Below, in pieces: positions 28,239 to 38,397 of a DNA stretch of 64,000 bases. Within the stretch, counting starts at the first letter, position 1, and each line of letters begins with the position of its first letter. The stretch is from Gemmatimonadota bacterium (GTDB lineage Bacteria; Gemmatimonadota; Gemmatimonadetes; Longimicrobiales; Gaopeijiaceae), in NCBI GenBank assembly GCA_039589315.1, contig JBDHHQ010000017.1, positions 1-64,000 of the forward strand. Direction: 5' to 3'. The notes under the pieces are model-generated. The model ran no database searches. It had not been told where the DNA came from and saw only the letters and a program-made list of their open reading frames with translations. The position numbers and the translations under genes are program-made.

Positions 28239-29488
28239 GCGTACCGCCCCGTCGAGAACATGAGATTCCCACGGACCAGGGTCATCTCCACCCGTGCAAG
28301 CGCCTGGAGATCATCGACCGGGTCGCCATCGACAACGATGAGGTCGGCCTCCTTCCCCGCTTCCAGTGTGCCGACCGCGGCGTCGATACCGTTCATGGCG
28401 GCCGCCTCCCTCGTGGCGCTCATGATGGCGGCATGGTTGCTCTGGACCACTCCCACAGACACCATGAACTCCATCTCCGGCACCACCGTTTCGTGACGCA
28501 CCGCGGGACTTCCTGCGTCCGTACCGAACACGATGCGGATGCCTGCCCGGGCTGCCCTCACCAGCCCGTCGAACCGGCTCTTGTCGGCGACCGCCGCCTG
28601 GCGCTCCTCGATCTTCCACTCCGGAATGTCGTATTGCCGGGCGACCTCGGGGCGGGACTGCATGGCCAGCGGCGAGAACGTGGTGACGATCGACACGCCC
28701 CGCGAGACCAGTAGGTCGATGGTCTCATCGCTCATGCTCCCGCCGTGCTCGATTACGTCGACCCCGAACTCGACCGCACGGGCAATGGCCGCGTCGAACG
28801 TGGCGTGGGACGTGATCGGCAGGCCCTGCCGGTGCGTCTCGTCGACCACGGCGCGCAGCTCCTCGTCGGTGAACTCGAGCCGGTCGTGGCAGATCATGAT
28901 CTTGATGAGGTCGGCTCCGTGCTGCACCTGCTCGCGGACTGCTCGGCGCATCTCGTCGGCGCCCGAGGCCTCGCGGCAGCACCAGTACGTGTGGCCTCCG
29001 GTTTGCACGATCGCCTCACCGCAGATCAGCAGCCGCGGCCCCGGGAAGATGCCCTGCTCCACGGCCTGCTTGGCGAAGACGTTGCTCTGGTTCATGCCCA
29101 GGTCGCGCAACGTCGTGATCCCGGCCCGGAGACACGTGAGCATGTTGCTCGCACACTTGTATGCGCTGATCTCCGGCGCGTCGTCGAGGGACTGGGCGGC
29201 GAGATCGTGGATGCCGTCCCAGGCCAGGTGGGCGTGACTGTTGATGAGGCCGGGGAGGATGGTCCCCGATGTCTCGATGACCCGGGTCCCTTCGAGCTCC
29301 GTCGTCGGTACCCCACCGCTCGGGCCCACGCCCGTGATTCTCCCGCCCTCGATTCTCACGTAACCGTCTTCGATGACCTCCTCGCCGACACCCGTGAGGA
29401 CTCGTCCCGTAAGGACGGCATCGACGCCGCTCTTAGGCGCCAGATCCTGGAGCAGCTTTCGGAACCTCCATGCGGGTGCTTCGGGCAT
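28235..29488 (-). CDS. Metal-dependent amidohydrolase (Xaa-Pro dipeptidase/imidazolonepropionase-like)
   Basis: PGLINSHAH, GITTLRDLG, TGGH, GADLIK, SHA, IEHG, GTDAG, G.LEAGKEAD. Confidence 0.9.
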   Translation of the reverse strand: MPEAPAWRFRKLLQDLAPKSGVDAVLTGRVLTGVGEEVIEDGYVRIEGGRITGVGPSGGVPTTELEGTRVIETSGTILPGLINSHAHLAWDGIHDLAAQSLDDAPEISAYKCASNMLTCLRAGITTLRDLGMNQSNVFAKQAVEQGIFPGPRLLICGEAIVQTGGHTYWCCREASGADEMRRAVREQVQHGADLIKIMICHDRLEFTDEELRAVVDETHRQGLPITSHATFDAAIARAVEFGVDVIEHGGSMSDETIDLLVSRGVSIVTTFSPLAMQSRPEVARQYDIPEWKIEERQAAVADKSRFDGLVRAARAGIRIVFGTDAGSPAVRHETVVPEMEFMVSVGVVQSNHAAIMSATREAAAMNGIDAAVGTLEAGKEADLIVVDGDPVDDLQALARVEMTLVRGNLMFSTGRYA

Positions 29489-29517
29489 GTCAGATCTCGT
29501 GTTTCAGCTGTGGTGGG

Positions 29518-30936
29518 TCACTTCAGTCCGAGCTCTTCCAGAGCGCGAGCAGCCCCGTCGAGGTTGCTCAGATTCATGCTCGCGTAGTTGGGCGAGAATA
29601 TGACGCCCGAGCCGCCGGCCTCATATGTGGCGATCACGCTGTCATGGACGATCTCGGGTGTGCATCGCGCCTGCTCCCGACTGACGCGAGGCGCATCGAC
29701 ACCGATGCCCATGTATACCGGCAGGTCCCCGTCCAGCGCCTGGACCGTGCTCTGGCATTGCCCCCCCACATAGCTCGCGGCGTCCATTCCCGCCGCCAAG
29801 AGGTCGTCCCACGGAGCCTCGTCGAGACCAAGGATCCGGTACATGACCGGAGTGAGCTCCTGCGGGGTGAAGTCCCGAAGGAGGCTCTCGTGGAAGGCCG
29901 TCATTTCCTTCAGGTAGATTCCACCCGCTTGGTGCTGGTAGGTGATCGGCTTGACCCAGTCCGCGTAGTCCTTCGTCTCGGCCCATGGCCACTGGGCTTT
30001 GCGAATGGGGTTGAAGTGGTTCCGGTTCCAGACGTTGAGCCCGAACTCGAGATCCGGGCTACACCACTTGGTGATCCCGTACAGCTCCCGGTCCAGGTCC
30101 TTGTTGCGGCGGACCCAGTGGCGCTCGAGGAGGAGGATCTCGGGATTCGCGAGCAGGACACGGAGGAACTCGATCAGCGTCCCGTCCACGAACTGGCCGC
30201 CAGCCCGGGCGGCCACGAAGAATTCATGGAGGTGGCTGCAAGCGCGGCGCGTCCCCTCCGGGTCGATGTCCGAGGCTCGAAGCGCCTCGACACAGAACCG
30301 GCAGAAACACGTGGGCGCCATGCCGGAGATCAGCCGGTCGAGGGGGCTCTTGCGCTCGTTGCACCACATGATGCCGTCGATGTCGTAGTTGCGGCCGTGG
30401 TCCTCGATCAGGGCATGCCACCAGCTTCGGTAGGCGGGGTGTTCGAGACAGGGGTCCGAGCTCACGCGCCCCACGTGATCCACCTCGAGGCACTGCGGCA
30501 GGTTCGGGATCGGCACCGCGTTCCCGGAGCCATGTCCCGCGTACTTGAAGAGAGGCTCCATGAGCTCGGGGATCACCTTCATGCCCCGGGCATGGGCCCC
30601 GGGAATGACCATGTCGAGGATGTCCTGCCCCTCCATTCCGGGATCGGGCGCCCGGAAGTCAGTCAGGAAGGTGGTCTGGTAGTACTCGGGCCTGAAGCAC
30701 AGATACGAGCCCCCCTGCACGTTCGCCGGCTCCGGAACACCGTGGTCGGGCCAGCCGTCGACATCCCAGGAGATGCTCCGACCGATCTTGAGACCGAGCC
30801 AGCTCACGGTTCCCAGGAGCAGCGCGTTGACGCCGACACGCTCTTGAAGGGTGTCCAACACCGAGTCGACACCCTCGTCGACGAAGCTGACGGGCCCGAT
30901 CTGAATGCCCACGAACGCGTTCTTCTCAGTGGCCAT
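29518..30936 (-). CDS. Hypothetical protein, possibly a glycoside-hydrolase-like TIM barrel
   Basis: Long clean ORF with GGAC-ATG inside the operon; PCLEHP.Y, YDIDGIMWCNE and CFCRFC recall GH42/GHL10-like barrels. Confidence 0.7.
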   Translation of the reverse strand: MATEKNAFVGIQIGPVSFVDEGVDSVLDTLQERVGVNALLLGTVSWLGLKIGRSISWDVDGWPDHGVPEPANVQGGSYLCFRPEYYQTTFLTDFRAPDPGMEGQDILDMVIPGAHARGMKVIPELMEPLFKYAGHGSGNAVPIPNLPQCLEVDHVGRVSSDPCLEHPAYRSWWHALIEDHGRNYDIDGIMWCNERKSPLDRLISGMAPTCFCRFCVEALRASDIDPEGTRRACSHLHEFFVAARAGGQFVDGTLIEFLRVLLANPEILLLERHWVRRNKDLDRELYGITKWCSPDLEFGLNVWNRNHFNPIRKAQWPWAETKDYADWVKPITYQHQAGGIYLKEMTAFHESLLRDFTPQELTPVMYRILGLDEAPWDDLLAAGMDAASYVGGQCQSTVQALDGDLPVYMGIGVDAPRVSREQARCTPEIVHDSVIATYEAGGSGVIFSPNYASMNLSNLDGAARALEELGLK

Positions 30937-31016
30937 GGAGTCCTGTCCTTGGGGTGAGGTGCCGACGCGGCCGAGCCATCATGGACGTGGGCACGGGGTC
31001 GGGCAACAAATCCCCC

Positions 31017-31895
31017 TCATCGCGACCGTAGCCGGGGGTCCAGGATCTTCTGGAGGCTGTCGCCGAGCAGGTTGGTGGCCATGACCACCGTGAAGATGGC
31101 GAGGCCCGGGAAGGTGGAGATCCACCAGGCCCGGCCCAGAACCTCGCGACCGACCGCGGCCATGAGACCCCATTCCGGCGTCGGAGGCTGGGCGCCGAGA
31201 CCGAGGAAGCTCAGCCCGGCCCCCACCGAGATGGCGCTGCCGAATTCCAGGGTGGACAGTACCAGCAGGGGAACCGCGGCGTTGGGCAGGACGTGCCGCA
31301 GCATGATCTTGTAGTCGCGCACGCCGAGAAGCCGGGCCGCGTCGATGTAGGCGGCCTCGCGCACCGACAGTACTGTGCCCCGTACCAGACGGGCGTACCG
31401 CGGGATCGTCGAGACGCCCACCGCGATCATCGCATTCGTGATGCTGGGGCCCAGGGCTGCAATGACCACGAGGGCCAGGAGAATGCCCGGAAGGGCCAGC
31501 ATGGCGTCCACTGCCCTCATCGTCACGGTGTCCACGAGGCCCTTGTAGTATCCAGACACCAGGCCGAGCAGGGTGCCGATCACCGATCCGATCGCCACGC
31601 TGATGAAGCCGAGCAACAGCGAGACCCGGCCACCGAAGATCACTCGGCTCAACACGTCCCGGCCCAGCCGATCGGTGCCGAACCAGTGATCGGGAGACGG
31701 CGGCTGCCGGGCGCCGGCCACGGTGGCCAGGGGATCGTGGGGGGCGACTGCGGAGGCCAACAGCGCCACCAGGATCCACGCGCCGAGAATCGTCGCACCG
31801 AGCACGAGGCTGGGCGTGGTGAGCGACCGCGTGGCGCGCAACGACGAGAGCAGCTGGCCCCCTGCGGTCCGGTCGGCGACGGACGCGTCCACCAT
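31017..31895 (-). CDS. Peptide ABC transporter permease (OppC/DppC-like)
   Basis: HWFGTD.LGRDV.SR, EAA motif YIDAARLLG, RHVLPN, LSFLGLG.QPPTPEWG. Confidence 0.92.
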   Translation of the reverse strand: MVDASVADRTAGGQLLSSLRATRSLTTPSLVLGATILGAWILVALLASAVAPHDPLATVAGARQPPSPDHWFGTDRLGRDVLSRVIFGGRVSLLLGFISVAIGSVIGTLLGLVSGYYKGLVDTVTMRAVDAMLALPGILLALVVIAALGPSITNAMIAVGVSTIPRYARLVRGTVLSVREAAYIDAARLLGVRDYKIMLRHVLPNAAVPLLVLSTLEFGSAISVGAGLSFLGLGAQPPTPEWGLMAAVGREVLGRAWWISTFPGLAIFTVVMATNLLGDSLQKILDPRLRSR

Positions 31896-32836
31896 CACGT
31901 CGGCCCCTGTCGAATCCGCGGGTCCAGCCACGCCGCCCACACGTCGACCAACAGATTGACCAGGACGTAGGTGGTGGCCATGACCAGGACGATCCCCTGA
32001 ACCAGCGGGTAGTCCTTCCAGAGGATGGCACTCACCACCAGCCGGCCGAGGCCAGGGCGACTGAACACGGTCTCTGTGACGACCGCCCCCGCGAGCATCG
32101 CCCCGAACTGGAGGCCCAGGATCGTGAGCACCGGCAGGAAAGCGTTTCTGAGCGCGTGGCGTAGGTAGATGATGCGCTTGGGCAGCCCCTTTGCTCGGGC
32201 CGTGCGTATGTAGTCCTCCACGAGCACTTCCACGAGCGACGCCCGCGTGAGCCGGGCGATCACCCCGGCCGAAATGAGCCCCAGCGACAGGCTCGGCAGC
32301 ACCAGGGCCCGGAGCCCCTCCTGGCCCGCGGGAGGAAACCACCCCAGTTGGAAGGAGAACACGAGTATCAACAGCAGACCCAGCCAGAAGAGGGGCAGGG
32401 ACACGCCCACGTACGCCAGGATCATGCTGAACGTGTCGATCCACGATCCCTGTTTGAGCGCGGCGAGAATGCCGGTGGTCATGCCGATGACCACGGCGAA
32501 GAAGATGCCTCCCAGGCTCAGCGCGAGCGTCGATCCGAGGCGGTCGAGGATGAGGTCGACGACCGGAGAGCGCAGGCGGACCGATGTTCCCAGGTCGCCA
32601 GTCACGGCCCCCCCGATGTAGCGGGCGTACTGGACCGGCAGGGGATCGTTCAGCCCCATCTCCTCGCGGAGCTCCTCCATCCTCTCCGGCGTCACCGATC
32701 CACTCTCGGCGCCCGACAGCATCAACTGAACTGGATCGCCCGGGAGCGCGTGCATGATCGAGAAGATGATCAGCGAGACGAGGAACAACACGACGCCCAG
32801 CTGGGCGACGCGCCCCAGTACGTAGGGGACGAGCAT
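31895..32836 (-). CDS. Peptide ABC transporter permease (OppB/DppB-like)
   Basis: LPGDP, GLNDPL.VQY, GDLG.S, DYIRTARAKGL, HALRNA, ETVF..PGLG, DYPLVQG. Confidence 0.93.
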   Translation of the reverse strand: MLVPYVLGRVAQLGVVLFLVSLIIFSIMHALPGDPVQLMLSGAESGSVTPERMEELREEMGLNDPLPVQYARYIGGAVTGDLGTSVRLRSPVVDLILDRLGSTLALSLGGIFFAVVIGMTTGILAALKQGSWIDTFSMILAYVGVSLPLFWLGLLLILVFSFQLGWFPPAGQEGLRALVLPSLSLGLISAGVIARLTRASLVEVLVEDYIRTARAKGLPKRIIYLRHALRNAFLPVLTILGLQFGAMLAGAVVTETVFSRPGLGRLVVSAILWKDYPLVQGIVLVMATTYVLVNLLVDVWAAWLDPRIRQGPT

Positions 32837-32949
32837 CCTACCGACCCGTTACCAAGGCGTGGCGGGCTCTGACGGGCGTCGTGCGGCCGAGGACTCGGTC
32901 CGGACGCGTGCTACCGCAGCCACGGGTCTGCTGCTGGGTCCCGTCGGCA

Positions 32950-34605
32950 TCAGTTCGAGAGGTGGGTGTTGTGGAGGAAGAAGAACTGGCCCTCCGACAT
33001 GAGCTGGAAGTCCTTCACCACGTCCGACACCGCGTAGAAGATCGGTTCGCTGAGAGTGGGCAGCATCAACGCGTTGTCCATCACGATGCGCTGGGCCTGT
33101 CGAGCCAGGTCGCACCGCTTCTCATGATCTGGGACGATACGAAGCTGGCTGACGACCTCGTTCAGCTCGTCATCGACGAAACCGGTCCAGGCCCATCCAC
33201 CCACCACGTCGTGGTCGGAGTTGAAGAGCATGTCCATCAGCATGGGATCCGGACTGCGCTGCCGCTCGTAGATCAGGTCGAAGTCCCGGGCGTTCACCCG
33301 TTCGAGCTGAACCGGGCCGGGCACCTTGTCGATGATCAGGTCGACGCCCAGCGCCCGCCACTGAAGCTGAACCGCCTCGCCGATCTCCTCCCGATCCAGG
33401 ACCGTCCAGCGGAGCGAGAGCGGAGTGCCGTCGGCCACGCCCGCCACCCCGTACGCTTCCCGGATGCCGTCGCCGTCCTGGTCCACGTATCCGACCTGCT
33501 CGAGGAGACGCGTCGCGGCGTCCGGATCGTGCGGGTAGTACCGAGCATTCCCATCCCAGTAGCACGGATGAACCGTGTTGAGGGGGCCATCCGAGACAAG
33601 GTAGTGGCCGTCGTACAACAGGTCGTTGACGGCGTCCTGGTCCGTCCCGTACATGAGGGCCTGTCGGAACGCCAGATCGTCCAGCGGAGGCCTGCGGAGG
33701 TTCATCACCATGGAGCGGCCCGTCCCCGCCTGATAGCCCGTGACGAGGCTGAAGCCCTCCCGGCCCTCGTAGTCGCCGATGTAGGTGGTAGGGAGGTTCA
33801 TGGCGATGTGGGCGTTGCCGGTCCTCACGACGTTACCGAGCACCGCCTCCTCGCCGATGAACCGGACCGTGACGCGCTCTAGCTTCGCCGGGCCCGCCAC
33901 CTCACTGATGGAGTTCCAGCCGCCGTATCCGGCCCACCGTGTCACCGTCACGTGGTCGTTCGGGACCCACTCCTCCAGCGTGAACGGGCCCGCACCCACC
34001 AGATGCCGGTCGAATTCCTGGAGGCCCCAGCGCTCCGCCGCGGTGGGCGACCAGATGGGAATGCGGCGGAAGGCGTCCAGCACGGTGACCCAGGGGACGT
34101 CGTAGTGAAGGGTGACGGTCGTGTCGTCCACGATCTCCACCCGCTGGAGTGGACCGATGTGCGCGGCCATCTCGCCGGACCTGGTTTCGGGCGCCAGGAT
34201 CCGTTCGATGTTGTATTTCAGCGCCTCCGCGGTGAAGGGCGTGTCGTCCTGGAATACGACGTCCGAGCGCAGGACGAAGGTCCAGGCATCGGCGCCCGGT
34301 GACGACGACCATTCCTTGGCCAGAGCGGGGCGGTATTCCCCGTCCGGACCGAGGATCAACAGGGGATCAGCGATGAGGTAGTCGATGAGCCAGGCCGTGT
34401 GGTAGGGCTCGACGTGACCGTCGAGCGACGCGGGCTCCTGGGCCGCATCCCAGGCCATCACGAGCTCGCCGGGTCGACCGATGGTCGAGGCAGCTCTGCT
34501 CGCACCCGGTTCGCCCGAGCCACAGCCCATCGAGGCCAGCCCCATCGAGGCCGCCGCAGCGATATATCGCCGCAGGGCCACCGCGGTGCGGTCAGACGTC
34601 ACCAC
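32950..34605 (-). CDS. ABC transporter substrate-binding lipoprotein, family 5
   Basis: Lipobox-like SMGC, PALA..W, TF.LR.DV.FQD.TPFTAE, GAGPF.L.EW, RQAL..G.D. Confidence 0.9.
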   Translation of the reverse strand: MVTSDRTAVALRRYIAAAASMGLASMGCGSGEPGASRAASTIGRPGELVMAWDAAQEPASLDGHVEPYHTAWLIDYLIADPLLILGPDGEYRPALAKEWSSSPGADAWTFVLRSDVVFQDDTPFTAEALKYNIERILAPETRSGEMAAHIGPLQRVEIVDDTTVTLHYDVPWVTVLDAFRRIPIWSPTAAERWGLQEFDRHLVGAGPFTLEEWVPNDHVTVTRWAGYGGWNSISEVAGPAKLERVTVRFIGEEAVLGNVVRTGNAHIAMNLPTTYIGDYEGREGFSLVTGYQAGTGRSMVMNLRRPPLDDLAFRQALMYGTDQDAVNDLLYDGHYLVSDGPLNTVHPCYWDGNARYYPHDPDAATRLLEQVGYVDQDGDGIREAYGVAGVADGTPLSLRWTVLDREEIGEAVQLQWRALGVDLIIDKVPGPVQLERVNARDFDLIYERQRSPDPMLMDMLFNSDHDVVGGWAWTGFVDDELNEVVSQLRIVPDHEKRCDLARQAQRIVMDNALMLPTLSEPIFYAVSDVVKDFQLMSEGQFFFLHNTHLSN

Positions 34606-34620
34606 GCGACTCCGCTCGGC

Positions 34621-35472
34621 TCACCGTCTCGGTGTGCCACGCGACGCCTTCCACGCCCCGTAGCGCTGGCGGAGCGTCGACACCGGGTTGGCGTCCTCGT
34701 GCACCTCGATGTTCTCGTCGGTGACGTCGATGTACAGGGAATAGTCGCCGTCGTTGACGCCCTCTCCCTCGGGGTCCCCGGGATCGGCGGCCAGGAGATA
34801 CGCAACGTGGGCGTTACGTCCGTGGCAGGGCGCCTCGGGCACGGGCTCGGTCTCGCAGGTACAGCGCACATCTCCCCCGGCCTCGTCCGCGCCTTCCATC
34901 GCGGCCATCACGCGGTCGGTCAGCGTCCCCTCGCTGGTCATGAAGCGGTGCACGGCGTCGTAGACCACGTCATCCGAGGCCAGGATGTTGCCCTGGATGG
35001 AGAAGTAGATCTCGTGGTCGGGCAAGCGACCCTGAACCGAGAGCGATGCGGGGCGGTTCTCTGCTCCTGAAAAGCCAGCCATACGTCCCTGGAGGTCCAC
35101 GATTCCGAACTGACGGCGCTCGAAGTCGGGGTCCGCGCCGAGAAGCGCGAGGATCTCGGCTGGATCGGTCCCCTTCTTCAGCTCCGCGTAAATGAGCTGC
35201 TGGTTCGCCCGCGTGCGGTCCACTCCAGCCTGGGCGGCGGCAACACCGATGCCCGGTACGACGATGGCCTGGACGTCCATCAGGCCTTCTGCAGGAAAGC
35301 CGACCAATCGGGATTGGGGAACGCAGGTGGCCGAAGCGATCACGACGCGTCCCGTGCGCGCGTCCACGGCAATGATGGACCACGTCGCCAGCAGGGGGGC
35401 AGGGACCACGGCCAAGGCGAGCACCGCGGCCAACGCCCTGCCTGCGACTGACCGAACCAGGGGCCTCCGCAT
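34621..35472 (-). CDS. DUF1028 family Ntn-hydrolase-like secreted protein
   Basis: Signal peptide followed by TWSIIAVD; PGIG.AA.QA, RQFGIVD, QGNIL, GGD.RC. Confidence 0.82.
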   Translation of the reverse strand: MRRPLVRSVAGRALAAVLALAVVPAPLLATWSIIAVDARTGRVVIASATCVPQSRLVGFPAEGLMDVQAIVVPGIGVAAAQAGVDRTRANQQLIYAELKKGTDPAEILALLGADPDFERRQFGIVDLQGRMAGFSGAENRPASLSVQGRLPDHEIYFSIQGNILASDDVVYDAVHRFMTSEGTLTDRVMAAMEGADEAGGDVRCTCETEPVPEAPCHGRNAHVAYLLAADPGDPEGEGVNDGDYSLYIDVTDENIEVHEDANPVSTLRQRYGAWKASRGTPRR

Positions 35473-35814
35473 GGGTCACCTCCTCTGGGTTTGGCGCGGC
35501 GCCTCGGGGGCTCACGGGACCTGGCGTCACGACTCACGATTCGAGAGCTCCGGAGTCGTGGCAGGGAGGATGGGTCGGGCCTTCGCCTTCACACAAGTGG
35601 GCGGTCCGGAGCGCAGGCCCGATTCGTCGGGGTGGTCCTCTCCGGCGCACGCTCTCGAAGAGCGAGCCCGGGGCGTACGAGTGGAGGGGCAGGGCCCCGG
35701 GTGGTGGGGCAGGGAGGACGCAGAACGTTCGCACGCTTGATCCACGTCCGGGCACGAGCGCATCTTGACGGGTCGGTCGCGCCTTTCGGCGCTCGTCTCC
35801 CGAGAAGGGCCGCG

Positions 35815-38214
35815 ATGTCCCAGCTGAAGAACATCCTGCAGGAGATCCATCGGCGCTCGGTGTGGCAGGTGTTGGGCGTGTACCTGGCCGTGTCCTGGGT
35901 CGTGCTACAGGTCGTGGAGACGCTCACCGAGAGCGCCGGGCTGCCCGACTGGGTGCCGCCGGGAGCGCTGGTCCTCCTGCTGATCGGGCTGCCCATCGTC
36001 CTCGCGACCGCGGTCGTGCAGGAGGGCGTCGGGGGATCACGGGATGTGGCGCGGGGTCACGGTCACGAGGCGAATGCGTCCACCCGTGCGGCGGACCCCG
36101 GCGAGTCGATGGAAGCGGACCTCGGGTCGACAGTCGCCCAGAACCTGGCCGCCGGCACAGGATCTCTCGATCGCCCCAGCACGCGCCCGTCGGCGACCCG
36201 GCGGCTCTTCACCTGGCGCAACGCGATCCTGGGAGGCGTCCTGGCGTTCGCGCTGCTCGCGGTGGCCATCGGCGGCTACTGGGTCATGTGGGCATCCGGC
36301 ATCGGGCCCGTCGGCTCGCTGGTCGCCCAGGGCGTTCTCGAAGAGCGGGATCCGGTGATCCTCTCGGATTTCGAGAACCTGACGCCGGACCCGGCGCTGA
36401 GCGAGGTCGTGACGGAAGCGCTCCGAGTGGACCTCGATCGGTCCGAGGTGCTGTCCGTCCTGAGTCCGGCCGCCGTCGGTCAGGTGCTCCGCCGTATGAA
36501 CCGGGCCGATGAGGAAGTCCTCGGTGCCGAGCTGGCCCGGGAGGTGGCGTTGCGCGAAGGCGTCAAGGCGGTGATCGAGGGCGAGGTCGGGGCAGCGGGC
36601 TCGGGCTACGTGTTGACCGCACGGCTGACCGGCGCGCAAGGGGACGTGCTCGCATCGTTTCGGGTCGCGGCTCGTGACGGCGATGAGATGATCGACGCCA
36701 TCGACGAGCTTTCCCAGGACATCCGGGAGAGGTCCGGGGAGTCTCTCCGGGCCATCAAAGGCGGCGAGCCGCTCAGTGCGGTCACCACCGGATCGGTCGA
36801 GGCGCTGAGGCTGTACTCTCAGGCGATCAAGCGCTCCACGTGGGGGGATCGAGCCGGCGCGGTGCGCCTCCTCGAGGACGCCATCGAGCTCGATCCCGAG
36901 TTCGCCATGGCGTACCGCAAGCTCGGCGTCGAGTTGGGAAACCTGGGTATGGACCCGGAACGGGCACTCCAAGCCGTGACCAGGGCCTACGAGCTCAGGA
37001 GCCGGCTGACGGACCGTGAGCGGGGCCTCGCCGAGGCCTACTACTTCACCAATGCCCAGTCCGACCCGGCTCGTGCTGCCGAAGCCTACGAACGGGTGTT
37101 GAGCCGGTACCCGGACGACCCCACCGCGCTGAACAACCTGGCGCTGCTGTACCCGCGTCAGGGGCGATTCGATGAAGCGGTCGCCCTGCTGGAACGCGCC
37201 GTGAGCGGTCCCGCAGCAACCGCGCCCGCATACAGCAACCTGTTCGCCGGCCTGTGGGACTCCCGGCGCGAGGCCGAGGCCGAAGCGCTGTTGGCCGAGG
37301 CCCGTGCCCGGTACCCCAACTCGGACATGGTCGCCGACATGGGCGGTCGCCTCGCTCTGGCCCGACATCGGTGGGACGAGGCGCACGAGTTGTCCGCCGG
37401 GAGAGCGCGCCGTTTCGGAGCCCAGCCCCCGTCGCACCTCGAGGCCCTTTACCACATGGCTTCTGCCGACGCCGCCCGTGGCAAGCTCGAGGAAGCGCGC
37501 CGGCACTCCGAGCAGGCCCTGCGGATCGCTCGGGAGGAGGATCAGACATCGTGGGTGTGGGCGGCGGCCGGCCACCAGGCCTGGTACGAGCTCTTCGTGG
37601 CTCGTTCGACGTCCCGGGCCTCTGCGTTGCTCGAGGGCGCCCTGGACACAGCCCCGTACACCGGCGGCTTCACTGGTTCGTGGGATCTCCTCAACCTGCT
37701 TTCGTTCTGGTCTCTCGCCGGCGAAGTGGAGCGCGCCGCCGAGTTGGGCGAGCTATTCCAGGACAGCCCCGAACAGGACCGATTCGCGTCTGAGGCGGGG
37801 CTTTACTTCGATTGGGCTCAAGGGCTGGCTCGAGACGACGCCCAGACGGCCTTGGATGCCATACGCCTGAGCATGGAGCGGGAGCTCCAGTGCCAGGAAA
37901 GGCGGTGCTGGGGGCACTTCGAGTCCGGTCTGGCCTTGGAGGCCCTGGGTCGGACCGACGAGGCGATCCAAGCCTACGAGATGCACCTGGGCGGTACGGA
38001 TCTCGGCGACGCCGACTGGGACGGGGCGAACTATGCGGCGTCGCTGGAGCAGCTATGCCATCTCTCGGCAGACGTGGAAGATGCCGCCAGGGTCCAGGAG
38101 CACTGTGGAGCGTTGGTTCGGCTCTGGGCCGAAGCGGACGCGGAGCTCGAGCCCAGGATACAGTCCGCCCGGGAGCGCATGGCCGGATCCTTGCCGGCCG
38201 ACGTGGGGCCCTGA
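35815..38214 (+). CDS. Membrane-anchored TPR protein
   Basis: LQEIHRRSVWQVLGVY anchor, FTWRNAILGG, DFEN.T.D, VTT.S.EALRLYS, LDPEFAMAYRKL TPRs. Confidence 0.85.
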   Translation: MSQLKNILQEIHRRSVWQVLGVYLAVSWVVLQVVETLTESAGLPDWVPPGALVLLLIGLPIVLATAVVQEGVGGSRDVARGHGHEANASTRAADPGESMEADLGSTVAQNLAAGTGSLDRPSTRPSATRRLFTWRNAILGGVLAFALLAVAIGGYWVMWASGIGPVGSLVAQGVLEERDPVILSDFENLTPDPALSEVVTEALRVDLDRSEVLSVLSPAAVGQVLRRMNRADEEVLGAELAREVALREGVKAVIEGEVGAAGSGYVLTARLTGAQGDVLASFRVAARDGDEMIDAIDELSQDIRERSGESLRAIKGGEPLSAVTTGSVEALRLYSQAIKRSTWGDRAGAVRLLEDAIELDPEFAMAYRKLGVELGNLGMDPERALQAVTRAYELRSRLTDRERGLAEAYYFTNAQSDPARAAEAYERVLSRYPDDPTALNNLALLYPRQGRFDEAVALLERAVSGPAATAPAYSNLFAGLWDSRREAEAEALLAEARARYPNSDMVADMGGRLALARHRWDEAHELSAGRARRFGAQPPSHLEALYHMASADAARGKLEEARRHSEQALRIAREEDQTSWVWAAAGHQAWYELFVARSTSRASALLEGALDTAPYTGGFTGSWDLLNLLSFWSLAGEVERAAELGELFQDSPEQDRFASEAGLYFDWAQGLARDDAQTALDAIRLSMERELQCQERRCWGHFESGLALEALGRTDEAIQAYEMHLGGTDLGDADWDGANYAASLEQLCHLSADVEDAARVQEHCGALVRLWAEADAELEPRIQSARERMAGSLPADVGP

Positions 38215-38397
38215 GGGGCTCCAGACTCGGCCGTACCCAATTCCGCAGAGGCGGTAGTCGCTCGTCACCCACAGCACTCGAACCGCCTCAGGTGTCCCTT
38301 GGCCGGGACGTGCCGGGCATTCGGGGGCAGGTGAAGGTCGCCGGAATCCGACGCTGCAATTCCACAACACCGCCGACAGATCGTCCCAGGAGCTCCA

